Part shown: positions 1 through 10,023 of the stretch, in pieces | Numbering within the stretch: position 1 is the first letter of the stretch | How the letters are laid out: each line of letters opens with the position of its first letter | Assembly: GCF_000743755.1 (NCBI RefSeq) | Contig: NW_014569537.1 | Coordinates: forward strand, 62,001-85,664 | DNA length: 23,664 nucleotides | Reading direction: 5' to 3' | Origin: Blastocystis sp. subtype 4 | Taxonomy: Eukaryota | The notes under the pieces: generated by a model | Told to the model about the DNA's origin: nothing | Databases searched by the model: none | The model's input: the letters and a program-made list of their open reading frames with translations, nothing else | Program-made: the position numbers and the translations under genes

Positions 1-182
1 TCTTCACCCACAATCACATTCCTCATATCGTTTTGAAGCAATTCCAAGAGCCTCCTTCTGTTTACTCAATTCCTGCTGATTCTTTTCAATGTGACGTGTC
101 AATTCATCCACCTTTTGCACAAACTACATTCTTGATTCTTCTATTATCACTTTACTCCTGATATTGCATCGTTAGAATCCAT
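1..182 (-). CDS. Coiled-coil hypothetical protein, 5' part only (runs off the left edge)
   Basis: ATG at 182 and a 32-nt GT-AG intron at 155-124 give MDSNDAISG|FVQKVDELTRHIEKNQQELSKQKEALGIASKRYEE, a heptad-like helical sequence. Not in the ORF track. Confidence 0.6.
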
Positions 183-254
183 TTGCTAGTCAAATCTGTT
201 TTCCCTCCATTCTCAATTATTATTCGATTGTGATTCTCATTCTTTGCAGGTCGC

Positions 255-518
255 ATGGAATCAACGACTCAACTTATTGACGATGGAGAGGAAGAAGTGT
301 TCCTTCAACAGCTGGAGATGTACAAGAAACGGAAAATAGAATTTACTCCTGAAACCGAGCAGCTTTATGTGAAACTATTATGGCGGAAGGTAATCAGTTT
401 CCATGATCGTTCTCACGTTTAGAAAATGGCAGAAATGGGCCTTCCATTATTCAATCTTGACAAAGAAATCCTTACAAGTCTCAAGAAAACAAGAAAGAGA
501 GAACAACTGGCAAAATAG
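255..518 (+). CDS. 76-aa protein resembling the helical pre-GNAT segment of KAT14/CSRP2BP
   Basis: ATG at 255, 33-nt GT-AG intron at 390-422, TAG at 516-518. Product MESTTQLIDDGEEEVFLQQLEMYKKRKIEFTPETEQLYVKLLWRK|KMAEMGLPLFNLDKEILTSLKKTRKREQLAK. The family resemblance is from memory. Confidence 0.65.
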
Positions 519-520
519 TA

Positions 521-1440
521 CTATCTATTTGAATGAAGGAACAGTTCTTCACAGAGTTGTCGAGTGTGGACAGGACCATGAACGTGATGACCAATAGTTC
601 TGGGATCGTTGTAGATTTCGTAGTCGTTCCCTCCAGGATGGATTTTGTCTCCGAAGAAGTGGATTTCATCGTATTCGGAAAGGAATTGTAAACAGTATGT
701 TTTATCGAAACCCTATATATCACGGATCCAAACCAATGACACGTTTGGAACAACATCAAATGATGTTTGGCCTCCAATTAAATATGTAAAGTTAAGCTCC
801 TTGAAATGAGCTTTCAAATCCTCAATCATCTTCTCTCGGATGTGATGGATCTACTTAAGAATCCATGCAGAATCATACCTTGTCGTATTCTTCAAAAAAG
901 ATCCTTTCTTTAAGACTGGCATCGCGACCAAGAGGACAAATATTGATCATGGATGTTCTAAACTGGATAAATGTCCCTCTATGAGTTACAGTTCCAACAA
1001 GTATATACCGTTTTATCGGTAGATCAAGATCACTTAAATAGCGCAATGCATAGTTAATAAACGAATTCAATTGCTCATCTGTATACTTATCTGTGAGATA
1101 CTGCACGTCATTAACTGATTCAACTTTTACGGCGACATGAAAGAGTTGGTTCCTTTTGTAGGCAGTACTTCCATTCTGAGAAAACAGAAAGTTCGTCTGT
1201 GAAATCACTTGTACTGATTCTACTGTAATCTCAACTTACAATCTTCCCCTAACTGAACCTTATGTTTGGCATAATCTGCACCTCCAACAAATCCAATATC
1301 AATCACCGAAGATAGATTCAGAATGAAATCTTTCATCTTCGGTGAAATGTCCTACTATTCACCCAATTTTCTGCAAGTACCTTTCTGGGCTCCGTCAGAG
1401 TTCCGTCAACATCAAACAATGCAATACTACGATGTGACAT
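521..1440 (-). CDS. PMM: Eukaryotic phosphomannomutase (HAD family, PMM/Sec53)
   Basis: ATG at 1440 gives [20 protein letters not shown]. Also [36 protein letters not shown] and [17 protein letters not shown]. Several ~30-nt introns. TAG at 523-521. Confidence 0.93.
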
Positions 1441-1453
1441 GAAAGTTAATGAT

Positions 1454-1461
1454 AAGAAACA
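1454..1461 (-). terminator. GU-rich polyadenylation element (TGTTTCTT) of the ArfGAP gene
   Basis: Lies 30 nt past the ArfGAP stop and only 13 nt before the PMM ATG. One mismatch to TGTTTGTT. Confidence 0.6.
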
Positions 1462-1491
1462 AGACAAAGGCAAAGAATATTACTGCAGACA

Positions 1492-2527
1492 TCAAAAGCT
1501 GAAGTTAAAATTCATGGTAGCAGGATTCGGTTGTTGAGGCTTCATCTGTTGGGGCATGTTGTAGTAGTTGGCTTGTTGCTGCTGCATTCCATAGCCCATT
1601 GCAGGTTTATTATAGTTCGTCTGTTGCTGCATACCATATCCCATCTGCGCTTGCTGTGGCATATTGTATCCACGCTGTTGCATGGAATAGTTCATTTGCG
1701 CCTGCTGGGCACTGTATCCCATTTGCCCCTGCATGCCGTAACCCATCTGAGGTTGAGCAACAGGTTGTGTCTGCATTCCATAACCCATCTGAGGTTGAGC
1801 AGCAGGTTGAGGTTTGTTATACAGACTCATAATACTACTCATATCCACTTTGGGAGTAGTTGGAGTTGGCGTATTGACTACTGGAGTGGGAGTGGTAGGT
1901 GTATTCGCCACAGGAGTGGGAGTCGCTGACATAGTCATGCTACTCATCAGATCTTCCATGGGAGAGGCCTCAGGAACAGGAGACATGTTGAACATATCAT
2001 CCTCAGCTTCAAACTCCTCAACGGGAGACACAGCTTCCTTCTTCACAGGGACCACTTTCCTTACAGGCTTCTCCGCACCTCCACCAATCGGGGCTTCAAA
2101 GTCACGAATGTTGCCATCAGCCACCCATCTTCTCTGCTCATATTTGGCGCGAATGAACTTCTCCAACTCAGCCATTGAACTATGTTCGTCGGGACGCGGG
2201 TAGTTGGCAGGCAACTTTGCCTCCCAATAGGCATTACATCGCTTATTACCCCATCTCTGCATATTCTTAATATGCTCGTTCTTCCAGCTATCCAGAGAGA
2301 CAGAACGGACAAATGAGATGTGAACTCCAAGGTTACGATGAACTCCAGAGCAACGAATGCAAATGAAGCAACCGAGAGTCGCCGAAGCCCATCTAGGTCC
2401 TATAAAAATCAGACACACTCGTTCGAAACCAAATACCCTTTGCTCCACAGTCGGCACAAACCTTGTTGCAATCCTTCTTTAGAAGTTCCTCTAAAATCTT
2501 CTTATGCGAGGCTTTGATCTGACTCAT
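1492..2527 (-). CDS. ArfGAP, SMAP/AGD5-like, with a Q/M/G/Y-rich C-terminal tail
   Basis: ATG at 2527 and a 37-nt intron at 2436-2400 restore CNKVCADCGAKG|PRWASATLGCFICIRCSGVHRNLGVHISFVRSVSLDSW (C4 zinc finger plus catalytic Arg). FIRAKYE is present. TGA at 1494-1492. Confidence 0.93.
1580..1810 (-). repeat. Imperfect coding repeats (AQPQMGYGMQ-like) in the ArfGAP tail
   Basis: Two near-identical copies of gctcaacctcagatgggtta plus further MGYGMQ/MGYSAQ/MNYSMQ units. Confidence 0.8.
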
Positions 2528-2735
2528 CGTCGTTGGTAGAATATGGAAATGCACACGATTCCGTAATCGAGACTATTTTGGGATTCAATCGAGGACCCTA
2601 ATTTAATTGGATCTTTTTGAATTATATATCCTATTTCTTCTGTATCCAATCTGCTGTATCCTTGACATTTTGGGTGATGATTCGCTATAATTAGACAATT
2701 CAATCTTGTTATTGTTACTTCTAAAATAGGAATGA

Positions 2736-2743
2736 AACAAACA
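2736..2743 (-). terminator. TGTTTGTT polyadenylation element of the DOLPP gene
   Basis: Exact element 35 nt downstream of the TAG at 2781-2779. Confidence 0.75.
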
Positions 2744-2778
2744 GAGCAACTAAAGGAATAAAATAAATAGATCTGGGC

Positions 2779-3555
2779 CTAATCCTTTTTCGAATCACAC
2801 AATTCCCGTTCCCTTTCTAATGGGTCGATTACATTTGAATAATCCTAAGGATCACCATAAACCAATTCTATCACTTTAAATTGAAACCAGCGAAACAAAG
2901 GGGTTGATGCAATTCTATGGTACAGGGAACGGAAATACTAGATTAAATCCAACTAGAAACGGTACAGTGATGTCAAGGTAGTACCAAAAAAGTCCATATG
3001 CCAATCCCACACATACACCCACAAGGACCTGAGGAAGCGAGTGCTCTCCCAAGTAGATACGTCCATAAACCACCAAAAACCAGACAATCCACAGAATAGC
3101 GACAGCAATCACATTCTGACTAAATGCTCGTAGATGGACTCTAGACTCAAGATAAAGAATTACAATTACCGATTAAAAATCCATAATGTAAGATATATGC
3201 ACAGACAGGACATGAATTGCGAGTGATCTGATGGCATGCCATGTGTTCCCTGAACTCCACCGGGTCTCTCTTGCCGGAAGATCCTCTTTAAAATCTGGTT
3301 CAATACGGTACAACTAACCTACAATTCAAACAGGAACAACATAAATAACCATTTCCACAAGAAGAAAGCAAGAGTGGATATCACGATGTACAAGGATTGA
3401 AGAACAAATAACAATGACAAACACTCTAGATAATGAGTCTGAAGCGAAATAACCTTATACACAGGAGCTAGCGACATCAGTGCCATAATCCAGCCAAATA
3501 AGCCATCATCCTTATCATAGACAATGTAGGTGAGAGAAAAAGGTTCAGGAACCAT
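2779..3555 (-). CDS. DOLPP1: Dolichyl-diphosphatase (PAP2 family, DOLPP1/Cwh8-like)
   Basis: Start MVPEPFSLTYIVYDKDD. PAP2 motifs KRIFRQERP, GMPSDHSQF and GRIYLGEHSLPQVLVG. Spliced C-terminus ...FRWFQFK|DYSNVIDPLERERELCDSKKD*. Confidence 0.85.
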
Positions 3556-3648
3556 GGTGTTTTTGATCGAAATGAGTCATAATGAAACCCCCGTTCCGTT
3601 TCTATTCTCTTTTCATCCATATTTGAAAGTTGAATCTGAGTAGACATC

Positions 3649-5475
3649 ATGGAACCTTCAAAAATACATGGAATTTGCTATCATTGCAATTCTGAACTCT
3701 TTGGTGTTGTAATTGAGGTAGCAGGGAAATACTACCACAATAAATGCTTCTATTGTTGCAAATGTCGGAAACAGTTGAAGCAAGAGGAATTCCGCATGCG
3801 AGATGTGGGTCTTTGTGGTCTGAAACTCTTATGACTAGGAGCGATTCTTCTGCATATCCTGTTATAGCAAGGAGTTTGAAAGAATCTGCGCTGAGTGTCA
3901 TGGGTTTATTACTGACGATCAGTACATTGAGGCTTTGGGACAGTTTTATCATATGGTAGGATGAATTGAAATGGAGGTCACTGTCAGGATCATTTTGTTT
4001 GTTTCCTGTGTAAGAATAGTTTCGCTGACCAGCGTTTTGTCCGAAAGGAGATTTATTATCACGGACAACAGATGACACGTCCTTTCTGTCTTTCGTGTCA
4101 TCAGAAGGTCAAAAGCATGGTTTGTCATAGTTGTCATCATGCCATGGGTGAAGTGGTAGGAGCTAAACAAAGTGATTCCCTGTAGAAAGCATACGATGAT
4201 CATGATTTCTATCACGACTTCTGTTACATTCGAGAACATCCTAATGAAGTTTTCAGTGAAGAGCTGTTAGAGCAATCTCGCTTACGAGAAGAAGAAGCGA
4301 AGCAAATGGAGGAGGAGAGAAAGCGAATTGAAGAGGAAGAGGCCGAGAAGAAGCGAATGGAAGAAGCCGAAAGACGATTGGAAGAGGAGAAGCGACGTGT
4401 TGAAGAGGAGGAGAAGAGGCAGTTGGAGGAGGAGAAGCGACGTGCCGAAGAGGTGAAGAGACAATTGGAAGAGGAAGAGGCAGTACGGAAGCGAGCTGAA
4501 GAGGCTCTGGAGGAGGCTCGTAGAAAGCGTGCTGAAGAGGAGAAGGAGAAGAAACGTCGTGAAGAGGAGCGTGTGAAGAAGGAAGAAGAGGAGAAGAAGC
4601 GATTGGAGGCGGAGGCACTTCGTAGGGATGAAGAGAGACGTGTAGAGAAGGAGCGCCGTGAGGCAGAGAGGAAGGCAAGAGAGGAGGCTGAAACAGAACG
4701 AAAGGAGGCTGAAGCAGAACGAAAGGAAGCAGAAAGGAAAGCAAAAGAGGAAGAAGCAGCTCAGAAGGAGGAAGAGGAACAAGAAAGACGTAAGCAAGAA
4801 GCCAAGGAGATGTTGGAGTTGTACCGAACACAGCAGCGTCATGTTGACTTTGATGACGACGATGATGATTTGCCTGAAGAGAAGCCAACTATCCCTCCTC
4901 CTCCTCCTCCAAAACCAACAGTAACTCCTTCATCACCGAAAGTGACTGTTCCACGAAGTGGAATTAGTGCTATGTTGGCTGAGAGTTATGCTCCTATTCA
5001 AGGAGGTCGTGTAAATGAATCAGGACAGAAGGAAGGAGAAATTGCGAAGAGTACATATTTTGAGTACCCACAGTATGAAGACTATCGTCGAATGGACCAG
5101 AATCGTATAGAGGAGAAACAGGAAGATTCTGATAGTGAACTACCTGTGTCTACAGAATTGCAATGTAGATTGCTACTAATGATACTAATGAGTAGATGAA
5201 GTAGATGAAGAATACTTAGCTGAACAGAGACGTGTGCAGCAATTACCAAATGATCAGTTAAAAGTATATCCTTATTCTGAATTGACCGTAAAAGTGATGG
5301 GGTAAGAATCATGAATTAGAAACCACAACTACCAAAGGATGTAGATGTGAAGAGAAGAGAATATCACTTGTCGGATGAAGAATTTGAAAAGATATTTAAG
5401 ATGTCAAAAGCTAAGTATGAGAGTCTTCCAAATTGGAAACGCAACCAACTTCGCAAAAGTCGTGGACTCTTCTAA
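3649..5475 (+). CDS. LIM-domain, ER/K helix, villin-headpiece protein (abLIM-like actin binder)
   Basis: Two LIM domains (CYHC...HNKCFYCCKC...FCISC; CAEC...YHM|DHFVCFLC...FCLSC) and a half LIM (CHSC...HDFC). Then a long E/R/K helix, poly-Pro, and the headpiece LSDEEFEKIFKMSKAKYESLPNWKRNQLRKSRGLF*. Five ~30-nt introns join the frames. Confidence 0.88.
4285..4810 (+). repeat. Purine-rich low-complexity repeat encoding an ER/K single alpha-helix region
   Basis: Alternating EEEE and KKRR runs for about 170 aa with no Pro or Gly. Confidence 0.85.
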
Positions 5476-5504
5476 GAGTGTTTTGTTTTGTAGTTTGTCT
5501 AGTA

Positions 5505-5512
5505 TGTTTGTT
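5505..5512 (+). terminator. TGTTTGTT polyadenylation element of the LIM/headpiece gene
   Basis: Exact element 29 nt after the TAA at 5473-5475. Confidence 0.75.
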
Positions 5513-5546
5513 TGACATTTGTAAATAGCATAATTCGATTTGTTGG

Positions 5547-8119
5547 ATGGAAACATTCACAGAAGCCTTCAGACGGATAGGATTGGATGCAAAAGTCATT
5601 TCCACACTAACGAAATCGAATAAAAAGGCAGGTAAGTGGAGATGAGTCTTTGTTGTTGTAGCTATTGTTGCAGAGGCAATTAAAGAAGCTGGAGCAAGTT
5701 ATGGGTGTGATAAAACGAAGGGAAATCTGATGTGAGTGAATAGTCGAAAAATGAGGGAATAGATATAATATTGCAATGACAGTTCCAGAGTCATCAATAC
5801 AATACCGTCCGATTCTCCTAAAATGGGTGATGGAAGGAAAGATGAAGACAAATCTCCAAGTTACTGAGGCAGTGAAGTATCTAAAGCAATTACCAAATCG
5901 AGAAACTGTTGAAATGATAGGAAACGATTAGAAATAGTTGGATCTGCCTCATTTCGAAACATTCTGTGGAATTGGAGTTGAAGTAAGTGATACCGAGATT
6001 CAAGAGGCTGTTTGTAACGTAATTGAGAAGTATCGGACTCAACTCCTCCAAGAACGGTATTCATTCCCTATCACAAAGTTGCTGTATTCACTGAAGGAGG
6101 GACGGATGAAGTGGGCAGATGGAAGAAAAGTGAAAGACATGTTTGATCGTGAAATTGTTGCTCTGTTGGGTGAAGAAACAGAGGAAGATCGAGTTTGAAT
6201 TGATTGGAATGATAACATGAAGAAATCAAAGCATTCGAAACAAACAATAAAGAATTCATCCATAGCAGATGGATTTGTCGAAGCGTAGTTTGAAACAAAT
6301 TGGAATGAAGAATAGACGTTATTTAGAAACATCCAAGAATAGTCCTTCTCTAGTCGAGCAGCATCAGAAACGAACTGGAGGCGTTATACGTTGTCGATTC
6401 CCTCCCGAACCGAATGGATACTTGCACATTGGACATGCTAAAAGCATGTATCTCAATTTCAAAGGAGCCTTCGATCGTTTGGGTCAGTATGCATTGGATT
6501 CGTTTCATTGAACGTAGAAAAGGAGAAACAATACTTCGCTTTGATGATACAAATCCAACAACAGAGAAACTAGAATTCATCGAGAATATTCTGGAAGATG
6601 TTCATTGGCTGGGTTGGAATCCTGTGAAGATCACATTTGGAAGCGATTACTTTGATCAATTGTATGAGTATGCACTTCAATTGATTAAGAAAGGAAAGGC
6701 ATATGTAGATCATCAAGTATTGATAGGAAACAGAATGAAACATAGACGGCAGAAGAAATCAAACAATCGAGGGAAATCGCAATGGCGCTAAGCAAGAAGG
6801 AGAATATTGGTGGTATTGTATATAAATGGATTGATAAGCATATAGATGTGGTTCCAGAGTCTCCTTGGAGGAATCGGAGTATAGAAGAGAATCTTCAGGA
6901 ATTCGAGAAGATGCGACGTGGAGAATACAAAGAAGGAGAGGTTAGAAGTAGGTTGGTTCTTTTACATAGGCAACACTGCGAATGAAGATCGACATGCGTT
7001 CTCCAAACCCTTGTATGTGGGATCCTGTGGCTTACCGTATCAGATACCTACCACATCCTCATGTGGGTGATAAGTGGTGCATTTATCCTTCGTACGATTT
7101 CCAGCACTGTCTAGTGGATTCACTGGAGGACATCGATTATTCACTCTGCACTCAAGAATTTGAGATTCGAAGAGAGAGTTATTATTGGCTGGTTGACCAA
7201 TTGAATCTCTGGAGGGCATATGTGTGGGAATTTGGAAGATTGAACATCACACACACTGTAATGTCTAAACGGAAGCTAAAAGAACTCGTAGACATGGGAA
7301 TAGTGAGAAATTGGGAGGATCCTAGAATGCCCACAATTAAAGGATTAAGACGCAGGGGATTCACTCCAGCAGCAATCAATGCCTTCTGTGCTGATATTTC
7401 AGTATCTCGCACTACCACGACCACCATCGATTGGTCAAAATTGGAGCGATTTCTTCGTTTTGATCTTGACAAGACTTCGCATCGTGCCTTTGCTGTCTTG
7501 CATCCAGTGAAACTGACTCTCACAAATAAGAAAGCGAATGAAGTTACATGGCTTAAAGCACCGCTGATTCCTGGTAATCCCACTGCTGGAATTCGAGAGC
7601 TTCCCTATCAACGAGAGGTTTATGTAGAACGTGAAGATGTCAAATTGAAGGATGAACCCAAGTTTTTGGGTCTAGCTCCGGGTCGCATCGTATCTCTTCG
7701 CTATGCTGATACTGTACGATGTGATGAAGTTGTATGTGATGGAAATGAGGTCAAGGAAGTGAAAGCGACGATATTGGATGATTCAGAAGCGAAAGAAGCA
7801 GTAAAACATTTGGACCGCAAATTAGGTTCCATTCACTGGCTTGCAGGAACACATCCCGGAGAATCTCCTCGTTGTGGTGAGGTTCGCTTGTATGATCACC
7901 TCTTCACGGAGAAAGATCCTCTTCGACTCAAGAACTGGAAGGATGGATTGAATCCACTCAGTGAAGTCATTATTCCGAATGCAATGATGGAAGCTATGCT
8001 TTTTGGTCGACGTGTGGAAGATCACGTACAGTTTGAAAGATTGGGGTATTTTGTTGTGGATAAGGACACAACGACACTGGGGAGAATGGTGTATAATCGT
8101 TCTTGTTCATTACGTTCAT
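5547..8119 (+). CDS. QARS: Glutaminyl-tRNA synthetase with eukaryotic N-terminal extension; stop codon probably completed by poly(A)
   Basis: Motifs [55 protein letters not shown] and [11 protein letters not shown] at 5547 with multiple ~30-nt introns. End placed at T8119 (see findings); the genomic stop is TGA at 8149-8151. Confidence 0.93.
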
Positions 8120-8123
8120 TGTC

Positions 8124-8131
8124 TGTTTGTT
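8124..8131 (+). terminator. TGTTTGTT element lying inside the apparent GlnRS ORF
   Basis: Exact element with a 4-nt spacer after the in-frame T8119. Confidence 0.85.
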
Positions 8132-8153
8132 CCAAACACATCTTATTCTGACC

Positions 8154-8568
8154 ATGACAGACACTCCTCTCAATGACTATATTTTGTCTTATGGAGGTAA
8201 TGATGATATGAAATAATGAAGAGTAGAGCTGTTTAGTTACCTGTTTTGGGAAACTGCGATTGCAGTTGCCTGCATCTACACAATTGCAGGACTTCTAATG
8301 TTCCTCGCGAATCGGAAGTTGAAACTAATCTTTCTTCCCTTCCTCTATGCCTTCTTTGGTTGCATTAGTGGACTCGTCAACGGTTTTATCTTGTGTAGGT
8401 TCCAAAGTCCTATTATCATTGTAGCTGCTGCCTTAGCAGCCATTTACATTTCTGTTCCATATTCGTTATCCAAACGAAGAACTTTGTATCTAGCCATTAT
8501 GCAAGCGTGTATCATTTGTTATAGTAAGTTGTCCAGAAACAATCGCATCTCACCAATTCTAGTTGTTT
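8154..8568 (+). CDS. TMEM170: TMEM170-family small membrane protein (about 118 aa); stop codon probably completed by poly(A)
   Basis: ATG at 8154 with 30-nt introns at 8197-8226 and 8395-8424. Three hydrophobic segments and LSAALAAIY (recalled TMEM170 motif TSAAIAGVY). End placed at T8568. Confidence 0.72.
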
Positions 8569-8572
8569 ATGT

Positions 8573-8580
8573 TGTTTGTT
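8573..8580 (+). terminator. TGTTTGTT element lying inside the apparent TMEM170 ORF
   Basis: Exact element with a 4-nt spacer after the in-frame T8568. Confidence 0.85.
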
Positions 8581-8617
8581 GGATTACTTGGAGGGAAACA
8601 TTCTTTTCGAATACGCA

Positions 8618-8625
8618 AAGAAACA
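8618..8625 (-). terminator. TGTTTCTT polyadenylation element of the 8657-9713 gene
   Basis: 31 nt after the TAG at 8659-8657. Confidence 0.6.
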
Positions 8626-8656
8626 CGATTCAACATGAATTAATCTTAAAGATACT

Positions 8657-9713
8657 CTAGGAAGATGGGGAAGGAGCAATCACAACAGCAGTCTCTGATA
8701 CCTTATTCTCATTTGCGCTGTCAACTTCAGGTTTTACTTCCTTCATCTCAATCTCCTGTTCAGCTTCTGCAGCTGCTTCTTCTACCATTCGCTTTGTTTT
8801 CAGTGCCGTTGCCTATACATAAAACCGTTTTATTTCTCCTACATCACGTCTCCAACGCACATAGTTATACACAGGAATGCTCCAAAACAGAATCGGAACC
8901 ACAAATCCAATTAGACAACACCAGAATGCATGTAGATGGAGTACAGAGAAGCATGCTGCTGCAACAGGACTAAACCAACCAGTACTAAACATCATGGCTA
9001 TATATTGGGTCCTACGACATACCACCTATCATTAAAGGACCTATTGCTCCTGTTACTACGTCTGCACCTTGAGCAAGAGAGACGGAAACCATTGTAGTAA
9101 GGAAAACTGCAGGGAAAGTAGTTAGAGTTCCTGCTACAGCACCTGCATCTGTTTGACTCAGTACACCACTGATAAACATAACGACAAACGTTCCGCAACC
9201 ACGGATCAGATTGATATACCACTTTACCTTGTTCTTTCCAGCAGGGGTCGGTGGCAAACGCCAACATAAGATAAGTCCACAAATACTCATAAAACACATT
9301 ACGAGGAGAGAGAAAGCCCACATACTAAAACCATAACCTTTAACGAAAGACTGAAGATAGGTTGCTGCAAGGGCCACAATGAACCAGACAAGCAAGGAGA
9401 AAAACGAAGTAACAAGAACCATCTTCTTATTACTCCATGTCTTTGGAAGCTTGGGAGGAATCAGTTTCCAGCATGGCATAAAGAAAATATTCGTAGCAAA
9501 AACACCAAAAACACATGCAAGGAGAGATTCAGTTCGCTGCTCTATTGTTTTCGATTCTTCGGTCATAAGAATATAGGCAGCAGGAAGAATTGTCGATGGG
9601 ATAGTTCCTATCACACTCCCAACAGCACCTCCAAATGTCTCGATCAGGTAAGCAACAGCAATGGACATGAAAAAAGCTAAGCTAGCAGATATCAGAACCT
9701 TTCCGAACTGCAT
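8657..9713 (-). CDS. Multi-pass membrane protein with two internal repeats (DUF3147-like), function unknown
   Basis: ATG at 9713 (MQFGKVLISAS). Repeat cores FGGAVGSVIGTIPSTILP and DAGAVAGTLTTFPAVFLT. Introns at about 9022/9025-8998 and 8842-8813. Acidic tail ending at TAG 8659-8657. Confidence 0.7.
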
Positions 9714-10023
9714 TTGAGATAGAGAATAATGACAATGGTTGTGAAAATATGTTGCAAAAGTGGATTTGTTGGATCTATTAGAGTACTGTCTCTCTCTATG
9801 GTTCCCTAGCAAAGGGGGTCAACATAGAACACCATTCTCCAAAGATGATTCTGTATATCAACACCATCGCATAATGTAGAAAACACATCGATAACGATCT
9901 GCAGGTTGTCTTGATCGAACAAATACTAAATGGGGGGAAATGGATTTCTAGTATTTTATGCCTGCTAGAATGACCCAGGGGTTTTCATTCTCTTGAACCA
10001 AATATTGCTACTGATATTGAGAA

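Noticed and set aside
1531..2517. Overlapping ORFs across the ArfGAP gene
   Set aside because: Alternative-frame or antisense artefacts of low-complexity coding sequence.
2674..2735. GTGATGA C-box-like motif suggesting a C/D snoRNA
   Set aside because: No CTGA D box at a suitable distance and no recognisable rRNA guide.
4253..4888. Long antisense ORFs (211 aa and 186 aa) and the +1-frame ORF 4658-4924
   Set aside because: Shadows of the purine-rich ER/K repeat, whose complement lacks stop codons.
5266..5273. ATATCCTT resembling a U12 donor in the LIM/headpiece gene
   Set aside because: It encodes VYPYSEL of the headpiece region and the frame is intact without another intron.
5861..6985. 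Fragmented ORFs read as pseudogenes, frameshifts or an alternative genetic code
   Set aside because: The breaks I examined are resolved by short spliceosomal introns under the standard code.
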